A stretch of 64,000 nucleotides of DNA from Octopus bimaculoides (Eukaryota): assembly GCF_001194135.2 (NCBI RefSeq), contig NC_068988.1, forward strand, positions 33,048,242 through 33,112,241, written 5' to 3'. The position numbers and the translations under genes were made by a program. Shown here in pieces: positions 37,731 to 50,986 of the stretch (within the stretch, counting starts at the first letter, position 1; each line of letters opens with the position of its first letter). The notes beneath the pieces are model-generated. The model saw nothing but the letters and a program-made list of their open reading frames with translations, had not been told where the DNA came from and ran no database searches.

Positions 37731-40700
37731 TTTCAGATGAGATATTCTGTTTACATAAGTCGACAGTTTTAATTTTTAATGTTCTCTCTCATTTATATAT
37801 TCTATCCTACCTTGAACTCGTTCTCTTATCTGTTGCAAATACTCACTGTAGTCTCTTTGATTCACATTTTCCCTTCTACGCGTCTGTTCTATGCTCGTTT
37901 TCCTTAGATGCAAATTGTCAAATTTAACCCGAAACATGTATGAATGCGTGTGTGAGTATGATTTTATGACATTAATTCTTACTAGTCGTACCCGTGGAAA
38001 TTTCATGGTAAATACGAAATTTTGATATGGCTGGAATTTTATATAAAGCCATAAATATTAGTGCCTTTTTTGAATGTGTATATTCTATGTCATTTTCATT
38101 TATAAAATCATATACGTCCTTCTGGATAAGACTTTAATAGAAGGAACATGTCTTTCCCATTCTATCAGCAATTGTAGAGTCTTATCTAGGATCATCAACA
38201 TGACTACAGAGAATATTCATGTTTTAACATGAATATTTTAATGTTCTTTATCATTTTGATTTCCTATCCTATCTTGAACTTGTCCTCTTATGTTTTGTTG
38301 TAAATACTCACTGTAATCTCTTTAATTCCCATTTTCCCTTCTACGCAGCTGTTCTGTGCTTGTTCTAGCCATTCGACCCTCTTCTCATATTTACGTCGTT
38401 GACTATATAGTCATATAGTCTAATTGTTTCTCCTGCTAGCTTACATCACCTGATATCTATATTTTATAAACAAATATCAGTTTTCTGGTGAGCAGACGAT
38501 AAATATTTGCAATTATACGCATGCGGCAAGTGACTGGCGATATAAAATGTTAGTACCTCCCAGAAATACTACACTTTTCATTGTTCATTCATCATAACCG
38601 CTACCACCATCATCATCATCATCACGACGACCACCAACAATATCTCCACCACCATCACCTCAACTACCACACTGCCAGCAACAACAACTACAAAAAAACC
38701 TAAAGCAACAGCAACAACTATTACTACCACAGCAACAACAACATCAGTAAATGTTTCATTAATACAGCTCAATCTAAGATGTTTACCAACAAAGAACATT
38801 TTCATTTGCTTTCTGTTGATTTGTTTGTTTATTTCTATTTTTCTCACTGCCAATATAGCTATGTATTCCGATGTTACAGAGTTTTAATAACAAATAAAAA
38901 ATAACCTTCACGGCTACTTTGCTAAATTATTTCACTTTCATTGAAAAATCAGCCCTTCTCCCTATGACATATAAGCTTTCATCTGTCCAGGCATTAATGA
39001 ATAGTTCGGCAGGTAGAACGTATTAAAAATTCGATATCAAAATGTTATTTTCTTAGCAGTCACAATACTATATCATATGATGCTTAAATTTTCCCTCAGC
39101 TAAATACTTAATAATTTGAAGTTTCTACCTGTATGTGTGTCACTCACTCTCTTTCTTTCTCTCTCTCTCTCTCTCTCTTTCGCTCTCTCTCTCTCTCTCT
39201 CTCTCTCNNNNNNNNNNNNNNNNNNNNNNNNNNNNNNNNNNNNNNNNNNNNNNNNNNNNNNNNNNNNNNNNNNNNNNNNNNNNNNNNNNNNNNNNNNNNN
39301 NNNNNNNNNNNNNNNNNNNNNNNNNNNNNNNNNNNNNNNNNNNNNNNNNNNNNNNNNNNNNNNNNNNNNNNNNNNNNNNNNNNNNNNNNNNNNNNNNNNN
39401 NNNNNNNNNNNNNNNNNNNNNNNNNNNNNNNNNNNNNNNNNNNNNNNNNNNNNNNNNNNNNNNNNNNNNNNNNNNNNNNNNNNNNNNNNNNNNNNNNNNN
39501 NNNNNNNNNNNNNNNNNNNNNNNNNNNNNNNNNNNNNNNNNNNNNNNNNNNNNNNNNNNNNNNNNNNNNNNNNNNNNNNNNNNNNNNNNNNNNNNNNNNN
39601 NNNNNNNNNNNNNNNNNNNNNNNNNNNNNNNNNNNNNNNNNNNNNNNNNNNNNNNNNNNNNNNNNNTATATATATATATATATATATATATATCTGACAC
39701 AGAATACATCGTTCCTAGTGAAATGATAAACTATATACTAGAATATGTTTTAAGTTTCTTGTATCACCACATCTAAATAAGTATCAACATATGTTTGTGT
39801 GTGTGTGTGATTGCTAGTGTGTGTATGTTAATGTATGTGTGTTTGTGTGTGTATGTTTGTGCGTGTGTGTATGTGTGCGCGTAATATGTATACAATATAT
39901 TATACTTGTATTGAAAATTTATGCCAGTATTTTTGACTCACTGTTCTAAATGTTCTTTTGGGTAGGACTTAAGAAAAAAATCGTAATGTTGTAATGTAAA
40001 TTTATTTCATATAATACAATCAATAGAACATCTTTGATCCATTCGAAGACAATTACAGCTTTGTATTTCAATAACTCGACTCCTCATAATAATGTAATTT
40101 TAAATTCCATTTATTTTAAATTGAAGTGCCTGGGATGAATAAAAGTAACGTATTTATTTACATATATATGCATGATCGTCCAGGTGTCTGTTCATGTGAA
40201 TATAAAAGCCAGTTTACCTGACTGTATCTGCGTTATGTAGGAGGTGATGTGAGTATAGATGTGCTTGTGTGTGTGGCTGTTTAAATAATTTGCGATATGT
40301 ATAAGTGTAAACAGCGATGCAGTAATAACCATTTGATCGTGTTTGTAAGATCTAATCTTTGTATAGAAGAGCGATTAAATTGGCAACAGCATTCTAAGGG
40401 TATTTATCTTCGCTTGAATGGCTGAAATTCAATTATTATATTTCTTGAGAAAATTCGATATTGGCGTATCAGAGGAATCGTGAATCAAACAAAATTTTCT
40501 TTCCTTTAAGCGCATTTCGTATGTATATTATAAAATTCTATATCATATATATGACGATGTGCCAAAATCGAATTGGCAAATTGAAAGTTTAACTGAATAT
40601 ATGTGCATAATGCAGGTTATACCGTCATGGAAATTATAAAATTGCTTCGGCATATTCATGCGTATTTACCAAAATTCTCTTTTAGTAAATTCAATTCTAT

Positions 40701-41384
40701 ATATACAATTGATAAAATCTAGTATTTCTAAAGATACCCCTGATAGGATTTTATGAAACGTTGTAAAATACGGGAGAGTTTTATTGCGAAAATTCTGAAT
40801 GTTTAAACTAATATACCAGGAAATTTGTGAAGCTATAACCTGACAAGGTGAAAGACTAAATGCTTCCGTATAACTCACAGAAGGAAAGAAGGAATGATTA
40901 TTTTATATACTACTGATCATTGTCATGAATCTCTTTTCATATTTGGGACATCTAAATAAATCTCTAATAAAGTAGTGAAATTTCAAAATAAAGTCTTTAT
41001 CAATAGACACTCATTTGTGCTAAATATGGTATTTTCGTATTAAAGGCAATCTTCCGGATGTGTTGTCGGCAGAGTATAGGAAGCATGTTTCTAATAGTTC
41101 TTTTCTTACTGATTTGGAGATGAAGGCTGAAAAATAATAAGCTTATTTTGTACCAACCCGCATCCATTAAATACTCATGTACTCATGTTAAGTTTACATG
41201 TGTTGTGCAAGGCAAATGTCGGATGTATCCAGCATAGTTTTTATGCATGGTCTACCATTTCTTTTACATTATACAGACAGACAGACACACACACACAAAC
41301 ATACACACACAGACACACGCATATATATATATATATATACAGGTTATATCGCCATGGTGGATCGCTAGCCACTACACATTTTTT

Positions 41385-43349
41385 TTAATTTTCTCCCCTT
41401 GTATTTTTCTGTGTTCTTTTCTGAGAAAGATCGCATGCCAAACAGAACTGGATGCGGAAACAATCAGCCACCTCTTATATATGGATGACCTAAAACTGTA
41501 CTCTATAAATGATAACCAGCTGGAAAAATGACTACAGACACTACATAGATTTACAAAAGAAATAAAGATGAAATTTGGCTTAGAGAAATGTGCCAAAGCA
41601 ACCTTGAAAAGAGGAAAATTATTTAAGAGTACCAACATAAAGCTAGATAAAGCAAATAAAATAAGAGAATTAGATCAAAGGTAGATATATAGAACTAACC
41701 AAAATAGACTGGAAAACAAGAAAAATAATGACAGGATTTAGGATGTACCACCCAAAATTCGACATAGAAAAGTTATATATACAACGTATATATACAGCAA
41801 AAAAAACTATTACAAAATAACCACCATAGGACTTTAATACCTACTTTAGAAGCAAGTAAAACTAATACAAATAGCCACAAAACACGAACCAAACAAAGAA
41901 CTGTTTTCAGTATTTAAGGAAGATGAAAAATACAAACAAGAAGTCATACTACCTAACAACTATGAAGAGGAAGAAAAAACAACAGAAGTTGTAAAACAAA
42001 TGAAATCCAAACTAAAACTAGAACAGCAACGGACAATGATAAAACGATAGCAAGAAAAGCCCCTTCATGGCAAATTTTGAGCTAAAATAAGCGCAAAAGA
42101 AATAGACAAAGCAAAATCCCATCAATGGCTGAGAAGCTCGGGACTCAAAGGAGTGACTGAAGGATTTTTATTTGCAGCACAAAACCAAAACCTCCCCACC
42201 ACAAATTCCCAAAACCTTATAATAAAAAGAAACATAAGAAGTAACTGCAGAATATGCGGAGATGGACGACAAACAATAAATCATGTTTCTCTGGCTGCCC
42301 AGTCCTAACTAAGAAGGAATATGTTCACAGACACGACAGAGTTTGGACCTACAAACATTGGAAGCTATGCCAACGGTGTGGAACAACAACAGCAAAAAAT
42401 ATGGTATAAGCACACGCCAGAAAAGATCACAGAAAATGAGAAAGCAACCATACTATGGGATATGCCAATACACAGACAGAGACAGATATAGTTTTCAGAG
42501 ATCATGAAGAAATAGTCAAGATATAGTCGTCCAGGTATAGTTGTCAACGATCATGAAGAAAAAATGCTTCCTAATTGATGTATCAATACCAACAGATACC
42601 AACGTTTCTCTAAAAGAAATGGAGAAACTTTCAAAAAACAAGGACCTAGAAATAGAGGTCACTCGAATGGGGAGTCTAAAAACAGAAACAATTCCTATCA
42701 TAGTGGACGCATTAGGTATGATAAAAAATATTCAAATACATAAGAAAATCACCAGGACTAACAAATATATATAACATACAGAAAATAGCACTACTAGGCA
42801 CTTCACACATCCTACGTAAAACACTTTCAATACAGTAACGATAATAGCATTACGGCAAACCACAGCACATATTCAAGCCGCACAGAGCTGTGCTTGGTAG
42901 GGAATTGAATGCACGGCTACAGCAAATATTCCGCTTAATGCCACAGATTTGCTTATAAGTTGCTTGACCGTAACCAGTTGAGCATGTCCCTTGGCAACTG
43001 ACGATATGTGCAAATCTGATCATGAGCAGAAGTAGTGGGGAAGCATCATAGCAATGTGTCGAGAGGAATTTTGGGTGGTTTGAAATATTCCCCTTCGGAA
43101 ACATGGGTATTTTGCACAACGTCCTTAAACAACCCTTATTCAGCGATTTTTTTAGCAAGATGGGCTACTCGACCAGAAGTAAATTCTAATTGGACACCAC
43201 CTGCGAGGTCATGCGCTGTTTATCTTCATATGAGATCACCATGTCGCACACATGATGCATGTGCCTGGTGTACTCTTATCAGACGGGCAGTCATGATGGG
43301 TATAATGGGCTTCTCATATTTTACCCCAGTGTCATTTTGATGGCATGCA

Positions 43350-43350
<1 letters not shown>
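41385..43350 (+). mobile_element. 5'-truncated R4/Dong-clade non-LTR retrotransposon (RT C-part, CCHC finger, restriction-like endonuclease, 3' UTR)
   Basis: SHLLYMDDLKLY (RT YxDD), KFGLEKCAK, CRICG...TINH, HRHD, ILWDMPIHTD, PGIVV...KKCFLIDVSIP..D..V..KE.EK (PD-(D/E)xK-type RLE); ends in (AAT)n. Frameshifted. Confidence 0.93.
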
Positions 43351-43570
<220 letters not shown>

Positions 43571-43625
43571 ATATATAGAATTTAGCACTTTTCTGAAGAA
43601 ATCCTATCACTTATGTTGAAGGAAA

Positions 43626-44250
43626 TTACGTAAGAGCTTCTTGGTAAACAACATTCTTTGATTCCTGGTTTGGATCATAGTCAAATAAATCTTTCAAACT
43701 CCCAACCCTGGAGCAACCAACATAAAGCTGACCATGAGAAATGTAAGGCTCAATTAAATGCAAGCAAATAGATTGCAAAATCTGGCCTTCAGCTTCATTA
43801 ATAGACATTGCGAAGCAAACGTTGCACTTGGAATTGTGTTCTTTGAACTCAAAGGGCATATCTGCTAGTTTGCTTGAAGTTCTTGGAATGAAAACATCTT
43901 CCCCAGACGCACATTCAATGATGATTGTGGCTTCTATCACATTAGGTATCAATGTTTTCACAATCAACCTTATCCCATTGTATAATTTAGGAGGATCTAA
44001 ATTTCTTAGAAGCATTAGTAGAACACCTACCTTCAGAAAAGTTGTATGTAGAGGAGTTGCGGGTGGCTGAAGAGAATTAAGGAACTCTGTTGGGTAATGG
44101 ACAGAATTATTTCCATCAAGGGCTGAATCGACTGATGTGCACTGCTTAATGACTGTTGGAATCGTATTCATTAATTCATGGTTAATCCTTGCTACTGTCT
44201 CATTTTGGGGAGCAAGAGTTGGCCTTTCATACAGCCATATATGTGAATTT
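43626..44250 (-). mobile_element. Helitron-type PIF1 helicase C-terminal fragment
   Basis: WLYERPTLAPQN...YPTEFLNSLQPP...LKVG.LLMLLRNLDPPKLYNG.RLIV...VFIPR...CFAMSIN...SHGQLYVGCSRV: typical PIF1/Helitron helicase motifs. Confidence 0.9.
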
Positions 44251-44776
44251 TAGCAACTTCGTCATTTCTAATTCTCTGCTGACTACCATTCTGCATATGA
44301 ATTTATGGTAAGGAGCTAAACGTGTGTTTATATATATGCAAACATATTTAATAGAGTTAACAGAGTTGCAGAATTCAACATTGCTTCTGGTTTACTTGTA
44401 GTTGTCCTTGCTTCACTGAAGAATACTGAACACCTTCGTTGGTTCTTGTAGAGAGTGAGACCATTGTTGTCGGAAAGTTTTTGAAACTGAAAATTGGGAT
44501 TAAATGAGTAACGCGAATATTTTCACAAGCGTGTTTGAAATAAATGGTGATCATGGAACCCCGCACGCAGGCACGCACGCACACACACAGACACATACAC
44601 ACATACCGTATCAAACATCAGATAAAATGGACGTGTGTGAAAGAGAGAGAGAGTGAAGGGCTGTGTTACCATGTACACGCACATACATAAATAAGCAAGC
44701 ATACATCTATTTATATTTATGTCTTTGTGTGTCACAGAGGGAAAGAGTGTGTGTATGAGTGCCACTTAGACATGAT

Positions 44777-44835
<59 letters not shown>

Positions 44836-44950
44836 GACTTTCTCACACACATACTTGCACGTGCATACAAAAAAGACGTATTCATATGTATTTATCTATG
44901 TAAGTATACATGGCAACACACCCCTTCACTCACTCCCCCTTTCTCCCTTA

Positions 44951-44992
<42 letters not shown>

Positions 44993-46450
44993 ACCACACA
45001 TGCACACACATACGTAAACGTATACCAACGTACATACAAAAACACATGTGCATGTGTGCGAATGACTACAAATACATAGAGCTGAACACCGCGAGCAAAA
45101 TGTAAATAAATAATGTTTACGAACATTAGGGAAGTGTGCGGACTCATGCGAAAGAAAGCCAATATTTTTAGACGCTCCATATTGAATTGCAAAATGCTGA
45201 TGTGAAATTTGTGGAAAAAGTTGTGTGTGTGAGAGAGAGAGAGTGAGAGACAGAAAGAGGGAACATTGAACATAATGAATGAAATAAACATAAAAGGAAA
45301 AAATCTTGTAAATAAAAGCTCGTACCGAATATTTAAATCTGTGAGCTAAGTAAATATTTCTTTCCGTAATTTATTGTAGTTGTTTGTAAATAGCGAATTG
45401 AAACATGAAATGAAATCTTTGAAATGGAGTGTGTGAAGTATCACAAATGAAAACGGAAAATTTTGCCCTTGCTACGTCAATACCGGAAGTTGACACTGAG
45501 AAACATTTTTAAAGAAGTCAATCATATATATAAAGCAATATCATTTATTTATAATAAAAATAATAAACTGAATATTCTATTAGGTTTCCGAGGTCAAATG
45601 CTCACACACACACTCACACATACACACACACACGCACGCGCGCACACACTCACACATACACACACACACGCACGCGCGCACACACTCACACACCCACACA
45701 GGTCTATTTTATATAAGAGATATATAGACGAAAAAATTCTACGTACTTACTCTTCTTGTGAGCGATTCTAAAGTATCGTGTTAATTGAAACGCACTGCCA
45801 ACAACAAAGGTCGTAGGAGAATAGCGAAACACCCGGCAAATTTCAAAACCTGCGCCGAACGTCTAAAATAATTCCAAATTTTTTTCCAAAATGTACCTAA
45901 TATGTCTTTGTGTATACTGTTATGTCAGTTTTTATGGATACTATAAAAAATTTGGTTTAGGATGATATTCAGAGACGAAATTCGAAATTAAGTCATCAGG
46001 AAACGTATATGTATGCAATATATATACATGTAGGAGTGTCGACGAGTGTGAAATGTTGCGTTTCAGAATTGGGCAAAACGAATAGACAGCTTAACACGAA
46101 AGAAAATTTTCTCTCCACAAATGCGTATCGGTTTCTGTTGGTTTCGACGACTTTAATTAAGAACGGGAAAAGAACAAGAAAAAGACACCTTTCTTCAATT
46201 TTTTCACATGTCTTATAACAAGGATCTCTATAGTTTCTTGCTCGGATTATTTATTTATCCGCTGTGAAAGATGTTTTTTTGAGATCTGGTGACTGTCTAT
46301 GTCAATTAATGATTGGTGATCAATTATTTGTCAGATATTCGACGATTGATATAGAATTGGCAGGTATCGTTTCGCAGAAATAGGATACTGTGGTTTCTAA
46401 GATTGTGACTGACTCAAAATGCAATATTTCTATCTGTATTTTCTTTGAAA

Positions 46451-46755
46451 CCGCATGACTCAGTGGTTCAAACTTCGGGTCACAAACATGAGGAGGTGAG
46501 TTCGGTTTCCCGAGGGGGCTGTGTGTTGTGTTCTTGAGCAACACACTTTATGTGACGTTCACTCAGTTCTAGAAATCAATTGAGACGTCTCTCGTCCCAA
46601 GCTGTAGTACCCTTTGCCTTTTTTTCGATAACATCGGTGACATGGAGAGGAGAGACTGGCATACATGGGTGGCTGGTAGTCTCCCATAGACAACCTTGCC
46701 CGGACTTGTGCCACGGAGCGGAACTTCCTAGGTGCAATCCCATGGTCATTCATTA
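46451..46755 (+). mobile_element. tRNA-derived SINE (third family)
   Basis: A-box-like GACTCAGTGG, B-box-like GAGTTCGGTTTCC, CORE-like GTTCTTGAGCAACACACTTTA, 3' end CTAGGTGCAATCCCATGGTCATTCAT. Confidence 0.8.
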
Positions 46756-47019
46756 CCATTTATTTTTGTTTTCACTACCAATGTGAATATTTCTCCGTAT
46801 TTCAAATTTTAAGATTCTTTTACCTTGGGTATGAGATGATTTATTATGCTTCAGAATTATTTATTTTTGAAAGAGCATATTTAGTTTTACCAGTCTTTTA
46901 CTTAGTGTATTTGTGTATGTAACTATTTGGAATAGAAGACATGCCTTACTAAATGTATGTTCTTTTTTGTTTGGGAAATGTTGAAATATCTAAAATGTAA
47001 CTATTGTTGTACGTCTCAT

Positions 47020-47980
47020 TCTTGCAGTGGCGATCGTTTGCACATAGCCCCTATTCCTTAATTATCCTAATTTCAAAAAATGTTCTCTTTCATTCCTATC
47101 CATATTGAACTACATCAATTCATCAATGCTATTTATTAATTTGAAAATCCTCCCTAACTTTATTTCAAAATATGGAACGGTCATCCAAGAACTTTCACAA
47201 TTTTCCATTAAAAAAGATTGGAAATGTTGATCAAACTACTTCAAGAGAGGTTATTAATTTTCCTTCTAGTAATCCCATTATTAGTCTCGTAAACATCGGC
47301 ATCACATTTGTCAGTATTGGCGTGACTAGTATTTGAGGAAATATTGTTTATCAAAGAAGTAATTGTTTGCAGCACCAACCGCAATCTTTCCTGAATTCTT
47401 TTTGTGTATTTATCGATCAAGTATTCAACTGCTTCTAATCTTAGTCCATGGGGAATATTTGTGTAGAGACTGGTTACGTCAAAAGTAACTAGAATCGTTT
47501 GTTAATCTACTCTTAGTGGAACGTGAGCTGAAAATTCAGTATCACCTCTAATGAAACTACGGTCGAAATTGAATAAAGGTTTCAAATTTATGTCAAACAA
47601 ATTGCCTAATCCTTGAATTTTAGCTGCTTGATTTGCAAAAAAATTATGTAATTTCAGATTGAATAATTTAGTAATTTCCAGGTATGGTATATATAGATAG
47701 TTTATACTGTTATCGGTGTGTATACAAATAAGTATACACACCATTTCTTTACGTTTTGCTGTCAATATAACTCACCAAAACGATATATGTGTTTCATTCT
47801 TTTGTTATTGCTGTTGTTCTTATGTTTTTCCTTTCTTTCTTTTGTTCCCAAACCTCCAACTCTTCTTGCTTATCTTCCATCCGCTTCCATGTTGTCTTTT
47901 TTCTTCGTCTCATCTTATTTATTAAGTTTTCTCGCATTAATTTGTAGATTTGATGAATTTGATCCTTTATATGCACCCAA
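47020..47980 (-). mobile_element. Degenerate Penelope-like element reverse transcriptase region
   Basis: LKPLF...SFIRGDTEF...ILVTFDVTSLYTNIPHGLRLEAV...LIMGLLEGKL...KFLDDRSIF: PLE RT motifs with stops and frameshifts. Confidence 0.85.
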
Positions 47981-47999
47981 TATATATACTATTTAACTA

Positions 48000-48420
48000 C
48001 TTACATCTTCAAACCAGAATGTCCCAGGCACAAGTTGGATCAGAAAATACATAAGATTATCAGAAGAGAATTAAAAAAAAAACAATCAAATTATTCGAAT
48101 GTGGGTTCAAAACAAATGAAAAATATATGGCTGTTTTTGACAAACGCAGTGTTTGATATAAACAAAGGTAATATGCAAAAACAGCGACTACGACTAATGA
48201 CACACTTTGTGGTATATTAAAGTTTATACATTCCTGCCTTCATATCGATACAAGGACCAGAACTGAAATATCTTGCTACACTTGTATGAAAGAGAAAAGC
48301 AGAAACTTCATTTAGTCTATCACATAAACAACATGTAACATACCACACATTGGCCAGCCATGAAAGTATTTATGAGAACGCACGCAATTATTCCCGCAGT
48401 GATTTAAGGTTTTAATACCA
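48000..48420 (+). mobile_element. Very degenerate Penelope-like thumb/GIY-YIG endonuclease region
   Basis: KQMKNIWLFLTNA (cf. RQPKNL..LLT.A), SCLHI..IQGPELK, HIGQP*KYL*ERT (cf. YIGQT...R). Reconstructed across frameshifts. Confidence 0.5.
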
Positions 48421-49384
48421 GGAAGGTCTTTTAATTAGACATTTGTGAACGTAATGCGATAAAACGTATTTCATAATTACATCTTATACAATTTTGTCTC
48501 AAGTGAAATTAACATAGAAGAAAATTGCTAGAGATTTTGAGAAATACCGAGATAATAAAAATTTAAATTTAATTATATTTGAAAATAACATTCATTCAAA
48601 AAATGAGGAAGATTAATGTGAACGTTATCATAGTTTAGCTACACATCATTGTTATCGTCAGTTTTCCTATGTAAACATTCCAATTACTTATTCACGAAAA
48701 TATAGTTCCTGTGCAAATATTTACTACGACATAAATGACTTCGATATACAAACACATACATGTGTTCATTGAATTGAAAATATGAAAGTTCTTCAAAAAG
48801 AAAATAACACATTTATAAAAAAAAATGTATATTTGAAAATATTAGAATGTATTTGTCCAACACGCGGATATACACATAAACCTGTACACACACTCATAGA
48901 CTCTCATACGTGTAGATACACAAACACATGCTTACACGCGCACAACAAAGACACACTCACACACTTGTCACCTCGCATGTTACCATCAAATCTAATAATT
49001 GCTGCTAACATGTCCGTAACGCCACTCCTCTACACATGCATTACCCACACGCACACACATATAATGCCACACACACACACACATATACCGCCAATTTTCA
49101 CTCTCCTGACTTTCTCCAAATCCCTCCATTTGCGGTACTTCAAGCATGTAAAAACTGACGTGCTTTACTTGAATAGTCCGTTCCAGACAATTCCTCTCTG
49201 CTCTTTATAACGAAGAACTGTGCCCGATACAACCTTTTATAACGAACAACCGTTACTGAAACCAGGTCTCTTTTATTGATTGACAACTTAATGCGTCCAT
49301 GTGTATGCTCCTTTGACTTTTATGCTATTTTCAATCTGCGATTATAAATTGTAAATGCAAAAATAAAAACAAAACACAAAGGAT

Positions 49385-49464
49385 TCTGCGGTACACGTGT
49401 TTCAAGCTTTATAGTTGTTACATCAGTGTATAATTGACAGTATAAAGCTATCTTCAGCCGCAAA
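49385..49464 (-). ncRNA. Mirror-image type I hammerhead ribozyme
   Basis: Reverse complement of 49481-49560, with one difference in the stem II loop. Confidence 0.78.
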
Positions 49465-49480
49465 TGTATTAGAGAATACA

Positions 49481-49560
49481 TTTGCGGCTGAAGATAGCTT
49501 TATACTGTCAATTATACACTGATCTAACAACTATAAAGCTTGAAACACGTGTACCGCAGA
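49481..49560 (+). ncRNA. Type I hammerhead ribozyme (Penelope-type)
   Basis: UUUGCGG-CUGAAGA-U-AGCUUUAUA(loop)UAUAAAGCU-U-GAAACAC-GUGUA^CCGCAGA: 7-bp stem I, 9-bp stem II, palindromic ACACGUGU stem III, GUA triplet. Stem II junction is atypical (U.U). Confidence 0.78.
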
Positions 49561-49731
49561 ATCCTTTGTGTTTGTTTTTATTTTTGCATTTACAATTTAT
49601 TCATTCACCCCGACCACGAGCTGGCATACACAGGTGCTTACAATTGTCAAGTATTNNNNNNNNNNNNNNNNNNNNNNNNNNNNNNNNNNNNNNNNNNNNN
49701 NNNNNNNNNNNNNNNNNNNNNNNNNNNNNNN

Positions 49732-49772
<41 letters not shown>

Positions 49773-50335
49773 GAGTCGCTCAAAAGTAGGTTTACAGTAA
49801 TTCAATTATCAATTTCGTATCCATATATTAACAGCTTAGATCTTAATAATAATAAAAAAATGAAATCACTATTCTATGTTAATTTAGTTAATTTTGTCAA
49901 GCTCCCTTTTTAGTTTGTAAGACACAAATTTAAATGTAATAGAATGTTTTGAAAGAAATTTAAAGTGCCTATGTGATAAGTGTGAACCTACTTTTGGGTG
50001 ACCATGTATATAATAAGTTTCAAAAACATATGATAAATGCACAAATGCAGGAAGGAGAGAGATCACCACATCCTCGTCAGTTATCGGCCATTTGCTCGAC
50101 TCTTTGCAAGTAAGTAATATCAAAACGTCTTCGTAATCTAACTTCGAATTTTCCTTCGCCAACACATGTCTATATTTGTTTGTTTAAAAATATAGGAAGA
50201 CCAAAATACCCTTTTTACACCTCTCATTTCCTCCTATTTCTGTCACTTCCTCACTGACAACTGATGTATATACATTATGTATGTATTAATCTGATACCTC
50301 TGCGTCGGCAAGAATAGAAAAAAATATAGAAAAAT

Positions 50336-50986
50336 GTGAAAGGGGTACAGTGAACTTGCCGTGAGGAGTGGAATATCCAACGTTTCGGATTCAATTCTTT
50401 GTCATGGGGTAGAGAAAAAGAAAAGAAATGGAGAAAAATTTCAAACAGAGTTTACGTCCTCTCAGTTTGAAAAATTGGCTGCAACTGATAATGGACGTAG
50501 AATAAGACGGGCTGCTAATGTGAAACAGAGGTTATAGTGAGGGCGTGCAGAAAGGAGAAGGAAAAGAGTGATGGAAAGAGTAGAGGTAAGTAAATACGGG
50601 AATGTTGGAGAGAGAGTGTGGAAGGAGGATTAAAACGTGTAAAAAAGAATTAATAGAAGGTGAAAGGATGAAAGGAAAAACGTTCATTCATACCTGTTAG
50701 GAACATACTGCCAATATCAATTATGAGACGTTGCTCCTGTTGTTTCCTGGAGAGGAGGGATCCGTAGAGCAGCACGGATTTTTTCTCCTTTCTGCACACC
50801 CTCTCTATAACTTCTGTTTCAAATTAGCAGCCCGTGTTATTCTGCGTCCATCATCAGCTGCAGCAACTTTTTCAAGCTGAGAAGATGTAAATTCTGTTTG
50901 ACATTTTCTCCGACCCCAGACGAAGGATTGAATCCGAAACTTTGGATATTCCACTCCGCACAGTAAGTTCACTGTACTCCTTTCAC
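50336..50986. mobile_element. Diverged inverted repeat (~205-225-bp arms, ~225-bp spacer) with decayed outward-facing hammerheads (family E)
   Basis: 50336-50559 matches the reverse complement of 50784-50986. Right arm CAGACGA-A-GGA(TTGAA)TCC-GAAAC-TTT-GG; left arm (minus) ATGACAA-A-GAA(TTGAA)TCC-GAAAC-GTT-GG. Confidence 0.85.

Larger units (their letters stand above)
49344..49600. mobile_element. Near-perfect palindrome (127/126-bp arms, 4-nt loop AGAG) carrying a hammerhead on each strand (family D)
   Basis: Arms differ by one substitution and one 1-nt indel. Confidence 0.92.

Noticed and set aside
40738-40765. CTGATAG...GAAACGTT motif
   Set aside because: Core mismatch and no stem I.
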